Source of the DNA: Agathobacter rectalis
GTDB taxonomy: Bacteria; Bacteroidota; Bacteroidia; Bacteroidales; Muribaculaceae
Direction: 5' to 3'
NCBI GenBank assembly: GCA_963625945.1
Contig: CAVFVP010000001.1
Location: 8,666 to 72,665, forward strand
DNA length: 64,000 nt
Part shown: positions 45,257 to 55,279 of the stretch, in pieces
Layout of the letters: each line of letters opens with the position of its first letter
Position numbering within the stretch: the stretch's first letter is position 1
Translations under genes and position numbers: made by a program
The notes under the pieces: model-generated
The model's database searches: none
Told to the model about the DNA's origin: nothing
What the model saw: the letters and a program-made list of their open reading frames with translations, nothing else

Positions 45257-47620
45257 ATGGCAAGTAAAGACAATTTCAAATCTTTGAAAATGGAGCGACG
45301 TGAGTTCCACGACAAAGTGATTAACTTCTACAATACCGAGGAAAACAAACCTTACAACTACAAGCAGGTGGCCGAAAACGTGGGAGCCACCACGGCCAAG
45401 CAGCGCGCCATGATTGTGGAAATCCTGGAGCAACTCGAGGTCGACGGCTTCGTGTGCGAGACAATGCCCGGCTGGTTCAAAGCCGCAATGCGCTCGTCGG
45501 TTGCCGAAGGCACATTCATCCGCCGCAGCAACGGCAAGAACAGCGTTGACATCTCGACCGGCCCCGACGACGACATCAAGCCCATATTCGTGGCCGAGCG
45601 CAACTCGCTGCACGCCCTCAACGGCGACCGCGTGCTAGTGCACATAAGCGCCGCACGCACCGGTCTGGAACCTGAGGCCGAGGTGCTCAAAATCATCGAG
45701 CCCAAGGAGCAAGTGTTCATAGGCACACTGCAAGTGAAGAAATACTTCGCCCACCTGGCCACCGACAGCAAATTCCTGGCCACCGACATTTTCATCCCCA
45801 TCGACAAACTCAAGGGAGGCAAGACAGGCGACAAGGCCGTGGCACGCATTGTGGAATGGCCGCAAGACGCCAACAGTCCCGTGGGCGAAATAATCGACGT
45901 GCTGGGAGTGGCCGGAGAGAACAATGCCGAGATCCATGCCATTCTCGCAGAGTTTGGCCTACCCTACAAATATCCCGAAAAGGTGGTTAAGGCTGCCGAG
46001 GAAATCAACGAGGGCATCACCGAAGAAGAGATTGCACGCCGACGCGACATGCGCAGCGTGCCCACGTTCACCATCGACCCGAAAGACTCAAAGGACTTCG
46101 ACGACGCCATTTCAATCCAGCGGCTTGAGAACGGCAACTGGGAGGTGGGCGTGCACATTGCCGATGTGACACACTACGTGACTCCCGGATCGATCATCGA
46201 CAAGGAGGCTTATGAGCGCGCCACATCGGTGTATCTGGTCGACCGCACGATTCCCATGCTGCCCGACCGCCTCTGCAACTACATATGCTCGCTCCGCCCC
46301 AACGAGGAGAAACTTGCCTTCTCGGTAATATTCGAGATTACCGACGACGCAAAACTGCTGAGCTACAACATATGCCACACCGTGATACGCAGCGACCGCC
46401 GCTTCGCCTACGAAGACGCGCAGCAAGTGATTGAGACAGGCAAAGGCGATTTTGCCGAAGAGATACTCAAGCTCAACGACCTGGCGCAGCGCATACGCAA
46501 GCAGCGCTTTGCCGACGGCTCTGTGGCATTCAACCGCGAGGAAATTGAGTTTGACATCGACGAGACAGGCAAGCCCATAGGCGTGCACCTGCACGTGTCG
46601 AAAGAGGCCAACAAGCTCATCGAGGAATTCATGTTGCTGGCCAACAAGAAAGTGGCCGAACACATAGGCAAAGTGGGCAAAGGCAAAAAGGCAAAGGCCT
46701 TTGTATACCGCATACACGACGAACCCGACAAGGACAAGCTGTCGAACTTTGCCGACATAGCCGCCCGCTTTGGCTACAAGGTGAAAATCAAAGGTAACGC
46801 CCGCGAGGTGAACCGCTCTATCAACAAGCTGCTCGACGACATCAAGGGAAAGCCCGAAGAAGAGATGCTCTCAATCCTGGCCATCCGCTCAATGTCGAAA
46901 GCCGTGTACTCAACCACCAATGTGGGCCACTACGGACTTGCATTTGACTACTACACCCACTTCACATCGCCCATTCGCCGCTATCCCGATATGATGGTGC
47001 ACCGCCTTCTCGACCGCTATGCCGCAAAAGGCAGCCGCAGCGCGAACCAAGAGAACCTTGAGGCCGACTGCCAGCACTCGAGTGCGCAAGAGCAACTTGC
47101 CGCCAATGCCGAGAGAGCTTCGATCAAATACAAGGCAGTGGAGTTTATGGGCTACCGCCTGGGAGGCGTGTTCGACGGCCATGTGTCGGGCGTTACCGAG
47201 TGGGGACTGTATGTGGAAGTCGACGAGACGCACTGCGAGGGCATGATTCCCGTGCGCGACCTCGACGACGACTTCTATGAGTTCGACGAGAACAACTACT
47301 GCCTGATAGGACGCCGCTCGCACCGCCGCTACCAGTTGGGCGACAAGATCACCATTCAAGTGGCACGCGCCGACCTCATCAAGAAACAGCTCGACTTTGC
47401 GCTTGTCGACAAGAACAACCCTGCAGGCACACACCACATCGACAAGGCTCCCATCACACAAGGAAACCGCTTTGCGTCGTCGGCCGACGACCGCCGCCGC
47501 AGCAGTCACGAAGGCGGCCGAGCCTCCAACCGGCAACGGCGAGGTGCACGTGGCAACAGCACCCGCCGCGAAGTGCGCGAAGGCTCACGCCGGCGCCCAG
47601 GGGCCAAGAGAAGAAAGTAA
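45257..47620 (+). CDS. rnr: Ribonuclease R
   Basis: FTIDPKDSKDFDDA, VHIADV, LIEEFMLLAN, YTHFTSPIRRYPD, S1 domain, basic tail. Confidence 0.96.
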   Translation: MASKDNFKSLKMERREFHDKVINFYNTEENKPYNYKQVAENVGATTAKQRAMIVEILEQLEVDGFVCETMPGWFKAAMRSSVAEGTFIRRSNGKNSVDISTGPDDDIKPIFVAERNSLHALNGDRVLVHISAARTGLEPEAEVLKIIEPKEQVFIGTLQVKKYFAHLATDSKFLATDIFIPIDKLKGGKTGDKAVARIVEWPQDANSPVGEIIDVLGVAGENNAEIHAILAEFGLPYKYPEKVVKAAEEINEGITEEEIARRRDMRSVPTFTIDPKDSKDFDDAISIQRLENGNWEVGVHIADVTHYVTPGSIIDKEAYERATSVYLVDRTIPMLPDRLCNYICSLRPNEEKLAFSVIFEITDDAKLLSYNICHTVIRSDRRFAYEDAQQVIETGKGDFAEEILKLNDLAQRIRKQRFADGSVAFNREEIEFDIDETGKPIGVHLHVSKEANKLIEEFMLLANKKVAEHIGKVGKGKKAKAFVYRIHDEPDKDKLSNFADIAARFGYKVKIKGNAREVNRSINKLLDDIKGKPEEEMLSILAIRSMSKAVYSTTNVGHYGLAFDYYTHFTSPIRRYPDMMVHRLLDRYAAKGSRSANQENLEADCQHSSAQEQLAANAERASIKYKAVEFMGYRLGGVFDGHVSGVTEWGLYVEVDETHCEGMIPVRDLDDDFYEFDENNYCLIGRRSHRRYQLGDKITIQVARADLIKKQLDFALVDKNNPAGTHHIDKAPITQGNRFASSADDRRRSSHEGGRASNRQRRGARGNSTRREVREGSRRRPGAKRRK

Positions 47621-47645
47621 GTCACAAAAGGCCACACAATAATGG

Positions 47646-47690
47646 CAAGGCCGCCGATTACCCTCATCAGGGCATCGGTGGCCTTGTTTT
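47646..47690 (+). terminator. Terminator after rnr
   Basis: CAAGGCCGCCGAT...ATCGGTGGCCTTG stem followed by TTTT. Confidence 0.7.
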
Positions 47691-47735
47691 TATATTGCAG
47701 TTGTGCGGGCTGCTACGCCACGCTTCTGTTATGCA

Positions 47736-48224
47736 TCAATACTGTGCCCCAAGAACGCCAAGGGCTATCATACACCCAAAAAGCAAGACTGCCAGCACCA
47801 GACCCACCAGAATCACGATTCCGCTCACCTTCGCCCACCGGCGTGCACTGGCGGCACGGGAATCGGCCTCGGCATAGCGGCCCGAGTTCCAAAGCGACTC
47901 CGACTCGTTGGCGGCAATTATTCCCAGTATGCCGAAGATGCCAGGAATCACACCGCACATTGTAAAGCCTACTATAACACAGACGATGTTCCACCCCAGC
48001 CAGCTATCGGGCTTGGGCTGTCTTGCCCCATAGTTGCCGGCAGTAGGCGGGCAAGGCGGACAAGGCGGAAAGAGGTGAGCCAATTCGGCAACCTGCGAGG
48101 CAGGCAGCCACTGCGGCATACCCTCACGCCACACCAAGGTTGATTGTGTGAGTCCGGCAGCAAGCAGAGCGTCGGTTTCAAAAGGCCCTTGCTGCTGTCC
48201 GTTGATAACCATAAAATATGACAT
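47736..48224 (-). CDS. GYF_2 domain + CD225/dispanin-family membrane protein
   Basis: YFMVINGQQQGPF...TLVWREGMPQW (GYF_2); PKPDSWLGWNIV...GRYAEA...S-x-x-A-x-x-W (CD225). Confidence 0.85.
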   Translation of the reverse strand: MSYFMVINGQQQGPFETDALLAAGLTQSTLVWREGMPQWLPASQVAELAHLFPPCPPCPPTAGNYGARQPKPDSWLGWNIVCVIVGFTMCGVIPGIFGILGIIAANESESLWNSGRYAEADSRAASARRWAKVSGIVILVGLVLAVLLFGCMIALGVLGAQY

Positions 48225-48232
48225 AGCAATTC

Positions 48233-49039
48233 TTAGAATTCAGTGGGATGATACTTTTTGAGCAGTGTGTAGATGCGGTTGGCCTTGCTGCTGTTGTCAT
48301 TGATGGTATAGTAGTTGGCAAGGGCCCGGGCAGGCTCGAGGCAGTTGGTGGTGAAAAAACGCTCACTCATACCATAGGCCTTCTCAAGCAGCTGCACGCC
48401 AGCCTCCACATCGCGAGTCAGACCATGAGAGCCATTGTATGTGTAAAGGCCGATATAGGCCGTGCCTTCCTGATTGTTCTGGTCGGCAGCCAAACGCGCA
48501 TAGGCGGTTGCTATCGAGTCGTTGGGTTCAATATAGTATTCGCCGCTGGCATACGATTTCACGCCCTCGCGGTAGGCATTGAAGAGCTCGGCCGAGGCAT
48601 CGCCGTTGCCCTTGTCGCTAGCCTGCTTGAGAAGCTCAATTCCCTTGAGTTTTTCCTCCTTAACGTCGGGCGACATTGCCAGAATGCAAAAGCCCTTGCG
48701 CTCGAGAGCATATACCGATCCCGACTCGATGCACTCATCAAGCATCTTCACGGCCTCTTCCTGGTCAATGCTGTATTCAGGCACCTGGGCGGTAAATATC
48801 ATGTAGGCCAGACGCACCTTGCTGTCGGTGTCGCCCTCATCGACTGCCTTGAGCAGATAAGGGAGAGCCTTCTCGTAGCGTTCCTCAACGAACCATTTCT
48901 TGCCGGCCTGGGCATTGGTGAGTTGCGGGCCCGGAGCCATCACTGTGGTTTTCTTCACTTTCTTGGCTGCGGTGGTCTTGGCTGTGGCGCCAGTGCATAT
49001 CACCATGGCTGCCAGTGCAAGCAAAACTATCTTCTTCAT
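48233..49039 (-). CDS. Secreted Sel1-like repeat protein
   Basis: Signal peptide; repeats such as LLKAVDEGD, LKQASDKGNGDA, LAADQNN...G-x-x-x-D. Confidence 0.8.
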   Translation of the reverse strand: MKKIVLLALAAMVICTGATAKTTAAKKVKKTTVMAPGPQLTNAQAGKKWFVEERYEKALPYLLKAVDEGDTDSKVRLAYMIFTAQVPEYSIDQEEAVKMLDECIESGSVYALERKGFCILAMSPDVKEEKLKGIELLKQASDKGNGDASAELFNAYREGVKSYASGEYYIEPNDSIATAYARLAADQNNQEGTAYIGLYTYNGSHGLTRDVEAGVQLLEKAYGMSERFFTTNCLEPARALANYYTINDNSSKANRIYTLLKKYHPTEF

Positions 49040-49331
49040 GCTTATTACTGTTTTTTATGTGATTAAATAATATTCTTCTTTTTATGATTGTGAGGCACGG
49101 CACATTGCTGTGCTTCACAAGCGCTTTTGGCAAATATACGAATTAAATCGGCAATAGCCAACACAGCCCCTATGACTGCGCGACAAAAAGCATGCCAAGC
49201 GTGCGGACTCATGAAAAAACCGCAAGGAGGCCTTGAAATTTTCACAGCCTTCCTTGCAGGAAATTCATTTGCGGCACGGCATTGCATCACCGCAAGTATT
49301 TTTCTTTGCGATCGGGATCAACCGTTAAAGG

Positions 49332-51881
49332 TCATTTCACCACTTTCAGGGTCTTGCCGTTGCTGAAACGCAGCATATAAGCCCCATGGACATAGCTGCC
49401 GATGCCAAGAGTGGCGTAACCGTTAACAGCCACCGCCTTCAGCAACTGTCCCGATACTGAATACACGCTCACGCTCTTGACCGAAGCCGGAGCCGACACG
49501 GCAAAGTCGCCGCCCACGTTGGCCACGCTGAGAACCGATGTGCTGATTGAGCCCACGCCGGAAGAGCGGCTTTGGGTGATGTTGAACTGATATTGCCCGC
49601 CTGCGGCATTGCCCACATAAGCAGTTGTAGCGCGCTCGTCGGTGCCCTCGGGCAGGCTGGATGCCGTGAACGTGACAGTGCCGCGCCCGTCAATCACATC
49701 GGTCGACAATTTGTTGTCGGCGTGTTTTTCCACTAGCCATGCCGGAGCCTGACGGTCATCGGTGTCAAACGTTACTGTCCACTCCGAGGCTGCATCAGAG
49801 GCCTCCACGTTGAAAGTCTTGCTCGACGACTCAGCACCGAACTCCACATTCACTTCACCCTCCTCGTTGTATTGCACATTGTCATCAACCAGGCTGAACC
49901 AGCCATAGTCGGCATAGAGGTTGAACAGGAACGAGCTATAGCACTTTCCGGCCGATGTGGAGAGCACTGCAAGCGAGTGCAAGGCATTGGTCACATTGCC
50001 GGCGGTATCGGTGCGCGAGACGAAGAAGTAGCCGTTGGTCTCCTTGAATGGATCGGGGCCACTCTGGTAGGCAGTGAATTGGGTAGTGTTGCTGTTGTCG
50101 AAATTGTCCATCACTACGATGATTTCGTCGTCGATAAGCACGGGAGAAGCGTTACCTTGTGCATCGACAAAGGTAAACGGAATCGACACGTAAGGCTGAC
50201 TGCTTATTGTGGTGGTCACCACCTCGCTGCCCTTGCACTTGGCAGTGGCAATGGTGTCGGCCAACGACCCGTTCTTGACACGGATCACATAAGCATGAAG
50301 CTCAGCTTCATCTTTAAACGAGCCTGTGCCCTGCACCGACACTTTCTTGAGTCGGTAAGGCGTTGCCGGCTTCTCAAAGAGGTTGCCAAGCGCATAGACG
50401 TGAGCCTTTGCAACACCGAAGAGGCTTGTCCACACGTCGTCAATGCCATCACAATAGCCATAAAGCCCCTTGCCGCCCGAGGTCAGCGCATAGAACTTGT
50501 TGTTGATGTCGTAGTTACCCACACCATAATACACGGTATTGCCGTCGGAACCCGTATACAAAGCCTCGCCGCCAGCCTGGATTGCCAGTCCGTTCCACTG
50601 ATAGGTGGAGTCGGCAGCGCCTTCGGCGCTCGCTGTCAGAGTAGGCACGTTGAACCAGTTGTATTGCGAGTTGTAGTTGCGCTTATAGTTCACAGTCAAG
50701 TCGGGCACATCGCTTGTGGTAGATGAGCCATCCTGCTTGTCGTATTTCCATGTGAAGCTTTCGCTCTCGCCGTTCGACTCATTGGTCCACGACTGGTCGA
50801 CATAGGCCGGAATGAGCATGAGCGAGCGCTGCTTGCTGTCGGAGACAAAGCGGTAATCGTCGCTGAAACCGAAATAGAAAGCACCCTCAGGTCTGGTGTA
50901 GGCCGAAGTGGGATGCGGGACAGCCACCTTTACCAGGTCGACCGAAATGACGTTGCCGTCTGATCCCACATAGCGGAATGCCACCTGCACCTTCTTTCCA
51001 GTGTAGTCGGCAAGCGACACAGTGTGGGTGTAGTTTGCCACATCAGTGAAATCGTTAAATAGTTCCTGAAAGGTGTAGTCCTTATAGCTGTCGTAGATAT
51101 CAAACACCTTCTTCCACTCGCCGCCGTCGGCCTTGACCAGCACTTGCAAAGTGGCCGAAACCTGCTTCTTGGTAAACGACATTGTGCTCCAATCCACTCC
51201 ATTGGTCACATCAAACAGGAAAAACGGTGAGTAGCCTGCCGTGAAAATCAGCTTCTCGTTGGCTTTGGGTGTAAATTCGGGACTTATGAGCCACTCGTCT
51301 TGCGGATAGGCGTGCACTTGATATGAATCATCATATTGTATGGCGGCATTGACCACGGCCATATACATTCCAGCCGCTGGCGATGGGCCGAACAGTGTGG
51401 CCCCGGACACGTGCCACGTGCAGTTGCCATTGTAGGTTTTCAGTGTGTCGGCGCTTACGACGCGCGACCAGTTAGTGGGAATCCAGTCATCATCGGTGCC
51501 GTTCCAGTATTCAAAGCTTTCCAGAAGCGTGTAGTTCGACGAGCTGGCCTTGGCGGCACCGGCTTTGGCGGCAGTCTGCTTTGATGCCTGCAAGCTGGTC
51601 ACGTTTTGACTGGCAAGCGGCTTCACAAGCTGCTTGGCTACCGTGCCGTTGCTGTTGCGGCTATAGACTATCTTAGAGCCATTGGCAAGAGACTTGACAA
51701 GCGACTTTGATGCCTGCGCCTGCTCCACGGCAGCCGATGGAGCCACCGCTTCCTGATTACTGAAAAGGTTGCCGGCTTCGGCGGCACTGCGTTGCTGAAC
51801 ACTGGGCTGAGCCCAAAGCGACGCGGCCGTGAAAGCACACATTGAAGTAAGGAGTAAAAGTTTGTTCATAAACCTCTGCAT
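49332..51881 (-). CDS. T9SS cargo protein with cleaved-adhesin/choice-of-anchor-J-like and BACON-like domains
   Basis: Signal peptide, ESFE...P-x-x-W, QDEWLISP, SLADYTGKKVQVAFRY, type-A CTD (VYSVSGQL...GAYML...KVVK). Confidence 0.78.
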   Translation of the reverse strand: MQRFMNKLLLLTSMCAFTAASLWAQPSVQQRSAAEAGNLFSNQEAVAPSAAVEQAQASKSLVKSLANGSKIVYSRNSNGTVAKQLVKPLASQNVTSLQASKQTAAKAGAAKASSSNYTLLESFEYWNGTDDDWIPTNWSRVVSADTLKTYNGNCTWHVSGATLFGPSPAAGMYMAVVNAAIQYDDSYQVHAYPQDEWLISPEFTPKANEKLIFTAGYSPFFLFDVTNGVDWSTMSFTKKQVSATLQVLVKADGGEWKKVFDIYDSYKDYTFQELFNDFTDVANYTHTVSLADYTGKKVQVAFRYVGSDGNVISVDLVKVAVPHPTSAYTRPEGAFYFGFSDDYRFVSDSKQRSLMLIPAYVDQSWTNESNGESESFTWKYDKQDGSSTTSDVPDLTVNYKRNYNSQYNWFNVPTLTASAEGAADSTYQWNGLAIQAGGEALYTGSDGNTVYYGVGNYDINNKFYALTSGGKGLYGYCDGIDDVWTSLFGVAKAHVYALGNLFEKPATPYRLKKVSVQGTGSFKDEAELHAYVIRVKNGSLADTIATAKCKGSEVVTTTISSQPYVSIPFTFVDAQGNASPVLIDDEIIVVMDNFDNSNTTQFTAYQSGPDPFKETNGYFFVSRTDTAGNVTNALHSLAVLSTSAGKCYSSFLFNLYADYGWFSLVDDNVQYNEEGEVNVEFGAESSSKTFNVEASDAASEWTVTFDTDDRQAPAWLVEKHADNKLSTDVIDGRGTVTFTASSLPEGTDERATTAYVGNAAGGQYQFNITQSRSSGVGSISTSVLSVANVGGDFAVSAPASVKSVSVYSVSGQLLKAVAVNGYATLGIGSYVHGAYMLRFSNGKTLKVVK

Positions 51882-52128
51882 TTTAATTTATATATGTTTT
51901 TATATCAGTCTCACATTTTTTATTCAACCGGCCGCAGCTTAATATATAATACTTTTTATGGCCTTATCCTTAATAATTGGAATCGACAGCAAAGATAATA
52001 TATTATTTTTTAATTGCATTAACTAAATTAAATAAAACGTCCCTTAGCACACGTTTTTCGCCATTTCAGGTAAAGCTTCGAGTTTTATGGCGTTGAGGCA
52101 ACAGCTCTCAGGAATCGCACAAACGCAC

Positions 52129-52173
52129 AAAAAAACTGGTTGCGGAGCGATTACCCTATCGCCACGCAACCAG
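52129..52173 (-). terminator. Intrinsic terminator
   Basis: CTGGTTGCG...CGCAACCAG stem followed by a U-tract on the minus strand. Confidence 0.7.
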
Positions 52174-52215
52174 CATGGATATCACGAAGCCGCCAGTGGG
52201 CGGCTCATCAAATCG

Positions 52216-54294
52216 TTATTTCACCACCACCTTAGTGGCACGGCCGTCGACAGTAACCACATAGATGCCGGCAGGCACAGCAACCGTGAGTTGTGCCGGA
52301 GCCGAAACAGAGCTTTCAACCACGCGGCCATTCACCGCAACCACAGTCACCTTGGCGCCCTCGGCATTGGCGACAGTGATTTCGCCCTTGGCGGCACGCA
52401 CTGTGGCCACTTGCAGTGACGATTGCGAAACGCCGGTTGTGTTGGCGGTCACATCGAGCTTGTAGCAGTAGAGATAAAGAGTACCCGGGTCGGAAACGGC
52501 ATGGATGCCCACGAAATAGTCGCCGTTGGCTGTCGGGGTAAAATCGCCGCTAAGGTCGACCGGGAAACGGTAGCCACCCTCGATGTTGGTGGCCGGGATA
52601 ACCGATGTGGTCATTGCGTCGGCTGTGGCGTTGAGACCCACCTTGACTTCGGCCTTCTCGGTATAGGGGTCCATTGCATTGGCAAACTGTGCGGCTACGG
52701 TGTAGGTGACACCGGCCTTCATGCTGATGGGGGGAGCAATGAGCCAATCATCGGCAGCCACCGAGTTGCTGTAGAGGTAGCGCGCACCACGAGAGTCTTT
52801 GTTCCAAGTCGAACCGTCGCCATTGGCATCGATGATAGTATAGAGGCTGAAGTCGCCATCAGAGAAAGTCTTGCTGTAAGGCGCCTGAAGAGCAGTGCCA
52901 AGCACCACATTGTTGGTCTTTGTCGGAGCCGCCTTATAAGAGCCGTCGACGGCCACCACCTCGTAATAGTAGCTGCCCAAGTCGGTCACCTTATTGGCAT
53001 CGGTGCATTCGGTTGCCTTCACACCAGTGGCAACAGCCACAGAGTCGGGGTAGCGCACCACGTTGTAGGTAACGGTCGACGGGTCGAACTGTGCACCATG
53101 AGCGCCAGTTGTCACAGCCTCCCATTTCACTTGGGCGCCTTCGGGGCTGCGCGCAGCCGATGCCGATGACACTGCCGATGGAACATCGACTCCAAAGTAT
53201 TGCGAGCAGATGTATTCGGGACCGGCGCCTGCAGCATTCTTGGCACGGGCGGTCACATTGTGCTCGCCACGGTCAACTGCAAGGTTCAGCGACACCTGGC
53301 TGCCTGCTGCCGCCGAACCGGTGGCTTTCACCACGCCATCGACAAGCACCTCGTAGTCGAGGTTGCCGGTGATGGCCTCGCCACCATAAGTGGCCGTGGG
53401 CAAAGTGAATGCCACTGTGCCTGTGAGCGAAGTGCCGGCATAGCTGATTGTCATTTCAGAAGGAATCTCGGGCACGCCAGCCGCGAAGACCGGGGTCTTG
53501 GTGCACACGCCCACAAACTCCTTGCCGCCAGTGGCCCACTGCGAGTAACGGGTTGCCTTACCGGTAGCAAGATCTACGGTGTAGATACCGCTTTGGCTGT
53601 CGTCGTCGTTGTAAGCAAACCAGTAGAACTGCTTGGTTCCATAGTCAAAAGTGGCGTCCTGAAGGTATTTGGGTTGGAATCCGGTGGCGCCGATGATGGT
53701 TATCGCACCATCGGCGGTAGAAATCTTACCAAAATCGCCGCTGTCGTTCACAAAATAGAGTGTTCCCTTCTGGTCGCTTGCAAGAGCGTTGAACGAGTGG
53801 TCGAGGAATGCGATGGTATCACAATCGGCCGTCTTAGTGTTGATGGTTCCGAAGTAGAACTTCTCACGCTCCTCGCTGTAGAAACTGCCGTAGATTTTCT
53901 TGTCGGCCGGATTATAGGTGAGCGAAGTGGCAATCGACGAGTGAGAAGCGGTCACCTGATTGGTGCGCTGCCATGTGGTGGGATTGTAGGAGTTGAGGTA
54001 GCAGGTGTAGACGTTGCCGTAACGGGTGGTATACTCAACAGCAAAATATGCAGTGTCGGCAAGGCAGGCACCACCGTTGGCCTTGGTCACTTGCGACTCC
54101 ACCTGAGCCACCGTGGCGCTTGGTTTGAACACTGTGGAATAGATGCCTGTGGTGGCATTCCCTGCGATAGCCTGGTCATAAATCAGGTTGCCGTAAAATG
54201 TGACGTGGCTGCCGTTGACGGTGGCCGCACTGCCGGAGGCAACTGCGGTCGAGGCCAGCACAGCTGCGGCAATTAATGCGTAGTTCTTTCTCAT
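52216..54294 (-). CDS. T9SS cargo protein: beta-propeller-like N-terminus, FN3 domains, cleaved-adhesin-like domain
   Basis: Signal peptide, propeller-like repeats, A-K-N-A-A-G-A-G FN3 motif, IDANGDGSTW, ADDWLIAP, CTD GIYVV...KVVVK. Confidence 0.78.
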   Translation of the reverse strand: MRKNYALIAAAVLASTAVASGSAATVNGSHVTFYGNLIYDQAIAGNATTGIYSTVFKPSATVAQVESQVTKANGGACLADTAYFAVEYTTRYGNVYTCYLNSYNPTTWQRTNQVTASHSSIATSLTYNPADKKIYGSFYSEEREKFYFGTINTKTADCDTIAFLDHSFNALASDQKGTLYFVNDSGDFGKISTADGAITIIGATGFQPKYLQDATFDYGTKQFYWFAYNDDDSQSGIYTVDLATGKATRYSQWATGGKEFVGVCTKTPVFAAGVPEIPSEMTISYAGTSLTGTVAFTLPTATYGGEAITGNLDYEVLVDGVVKATGSAAAGSQVSLNLAVDRGEHNVTARAKNAAGAGPEYICSQYFGVDVPSAVSSASAARSPEGAQVKWEAVTTGAHGAQFDPSTVTYNVVRYPDSVAVATGVKATECTDANKVTDLGSYYYEVVAVDGSYKAAPTKTNNVVLGTALQAPYSKTFSDGDFSLYTIIDANGDGSTWNKDSRGARYLYSNSVAADDWLIAPPISMKAGVTYTVAAQFANAMDPYTEKAEVKVGLNATADAMTTSVIPATNIEGGYRFPVDLSGDFTPTANGDYFVGIHAVSDPGTLYLYCYKLDVTANTTGVSQSSLQVATVRAAKGEITVANAEGAKVTVVAVNGRVVESSVSAPAQLTVAVPAGIYVVTVDGRATKVVVK

Positions 54295-54612
54295 CTGATG
54301 AAATTAAATGTTAATGAATAAATAGGGCTTCGTTTCATTTCTTTTTGAAAACACGATGCAAAGATAATAAAATTTAAGTAATTTTTACCACTTTGTGCAA
54401 AAAAGCAATTTCGTTTCACAGCCATAAGGCCAAAACGACAGCTGTCGCGGCACAAGGCATAGCGAGCAGGCGCACACTTGGCCCGACCCTGCCATGCCGC
54501 CCAATGCCGGCCGACATAGCGCAACGATGCCCGCCGGGCACAATCAGACCGGTGGGCATCGGAAAAATCAGTAAAAAAATGTGGCCGGGAGCCAAGCACC
54601 AAGTTAAAGGAG

Positions 54613-55137
54613 TCAGTCAACGTAGTGCACGTAGTCGGGCTTGCGTGGAGCCTGTGGCGCATGAGGCTCAGCCGACGCATATCCCAGCACACAATGACCT
54701 ATGCCCTCGTAGTCGCCCTCTATGCCCCAATCCTTGAGCAAGGCTTTGCCCTCGGGTGAGTCAAATTCCTCCTTGGCCCTGTGAATCCACACAGCCCCGA
54801 GGCCAAGTGCATGGGCGGCATTGAGCAAGTTGCCCATCACCAGCGATCCGTCGTAGATGTGGGTGGGCACCGCACGGTCGGCCAGAACCAAAAGCACCAC
54901 TGGGGCACCATAGAACGGATCGGTGTCGACGCCCATCACGGCGGCATTCATTGCCATAAGGCGGTCGCGCACCTCGCGGCTGGTCACACACACTATTTTC
55001 GGCGACTGCTTTCCACGCCCGGTGGGGGCATAGGTGCCGGCCTTGATAATCTCGTCGATGACATCGCGCGGGGGCATTTCGGGCTTGAAGCCGCGAACGC
55101 TGCGCCGCGTCACCATGTTTTCTATTATTGCATTCAT
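54613..55137 (-). CDS. Nitroreductase family protein
   Basis: TRRSVRGF, GTYAPTG, FYGAP, AAHALGLGAVWI. Confidence 0.93.
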   Translation of the reverse strand: MNAIIENMVTRRSVRGFKPEMPPRDVIDEIIKAGTYAPTGRGKQSPKIVCVTSREVRDRLMAMNAAVMGVDTDPFYGAPVVLLVLADRAVPTHIYDGSLVMGNLLNAAHALGLGAVWIHRAKEEFDSPEGKALLKDWGIEGDYEGIGHCVLGYASAEPHAPQAPRKPDYVHYVD

Positions 55138-55186
55138 GTTGCAAATATACCACATTTTCGTTCTCGGCCGCAAAGGCCAAAGCAGA

Positions 55187-55228
55187 AAAAACTGATGTCC
55201 GCCTCCCTCACAGGGCAGCGGACATCAC
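55187..55228 (-). terminator. Terminator after secDF
   Basis: TGATGTCCGC...GCGGACATCA stem followed by a U-tract on the minus strand. Confidence 0.7.
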
Positions 55229-55279
55229 GGGAATTATGTGTTCGTTTGTTTTATTATTACTTGCGAATCATAGGGGGGC

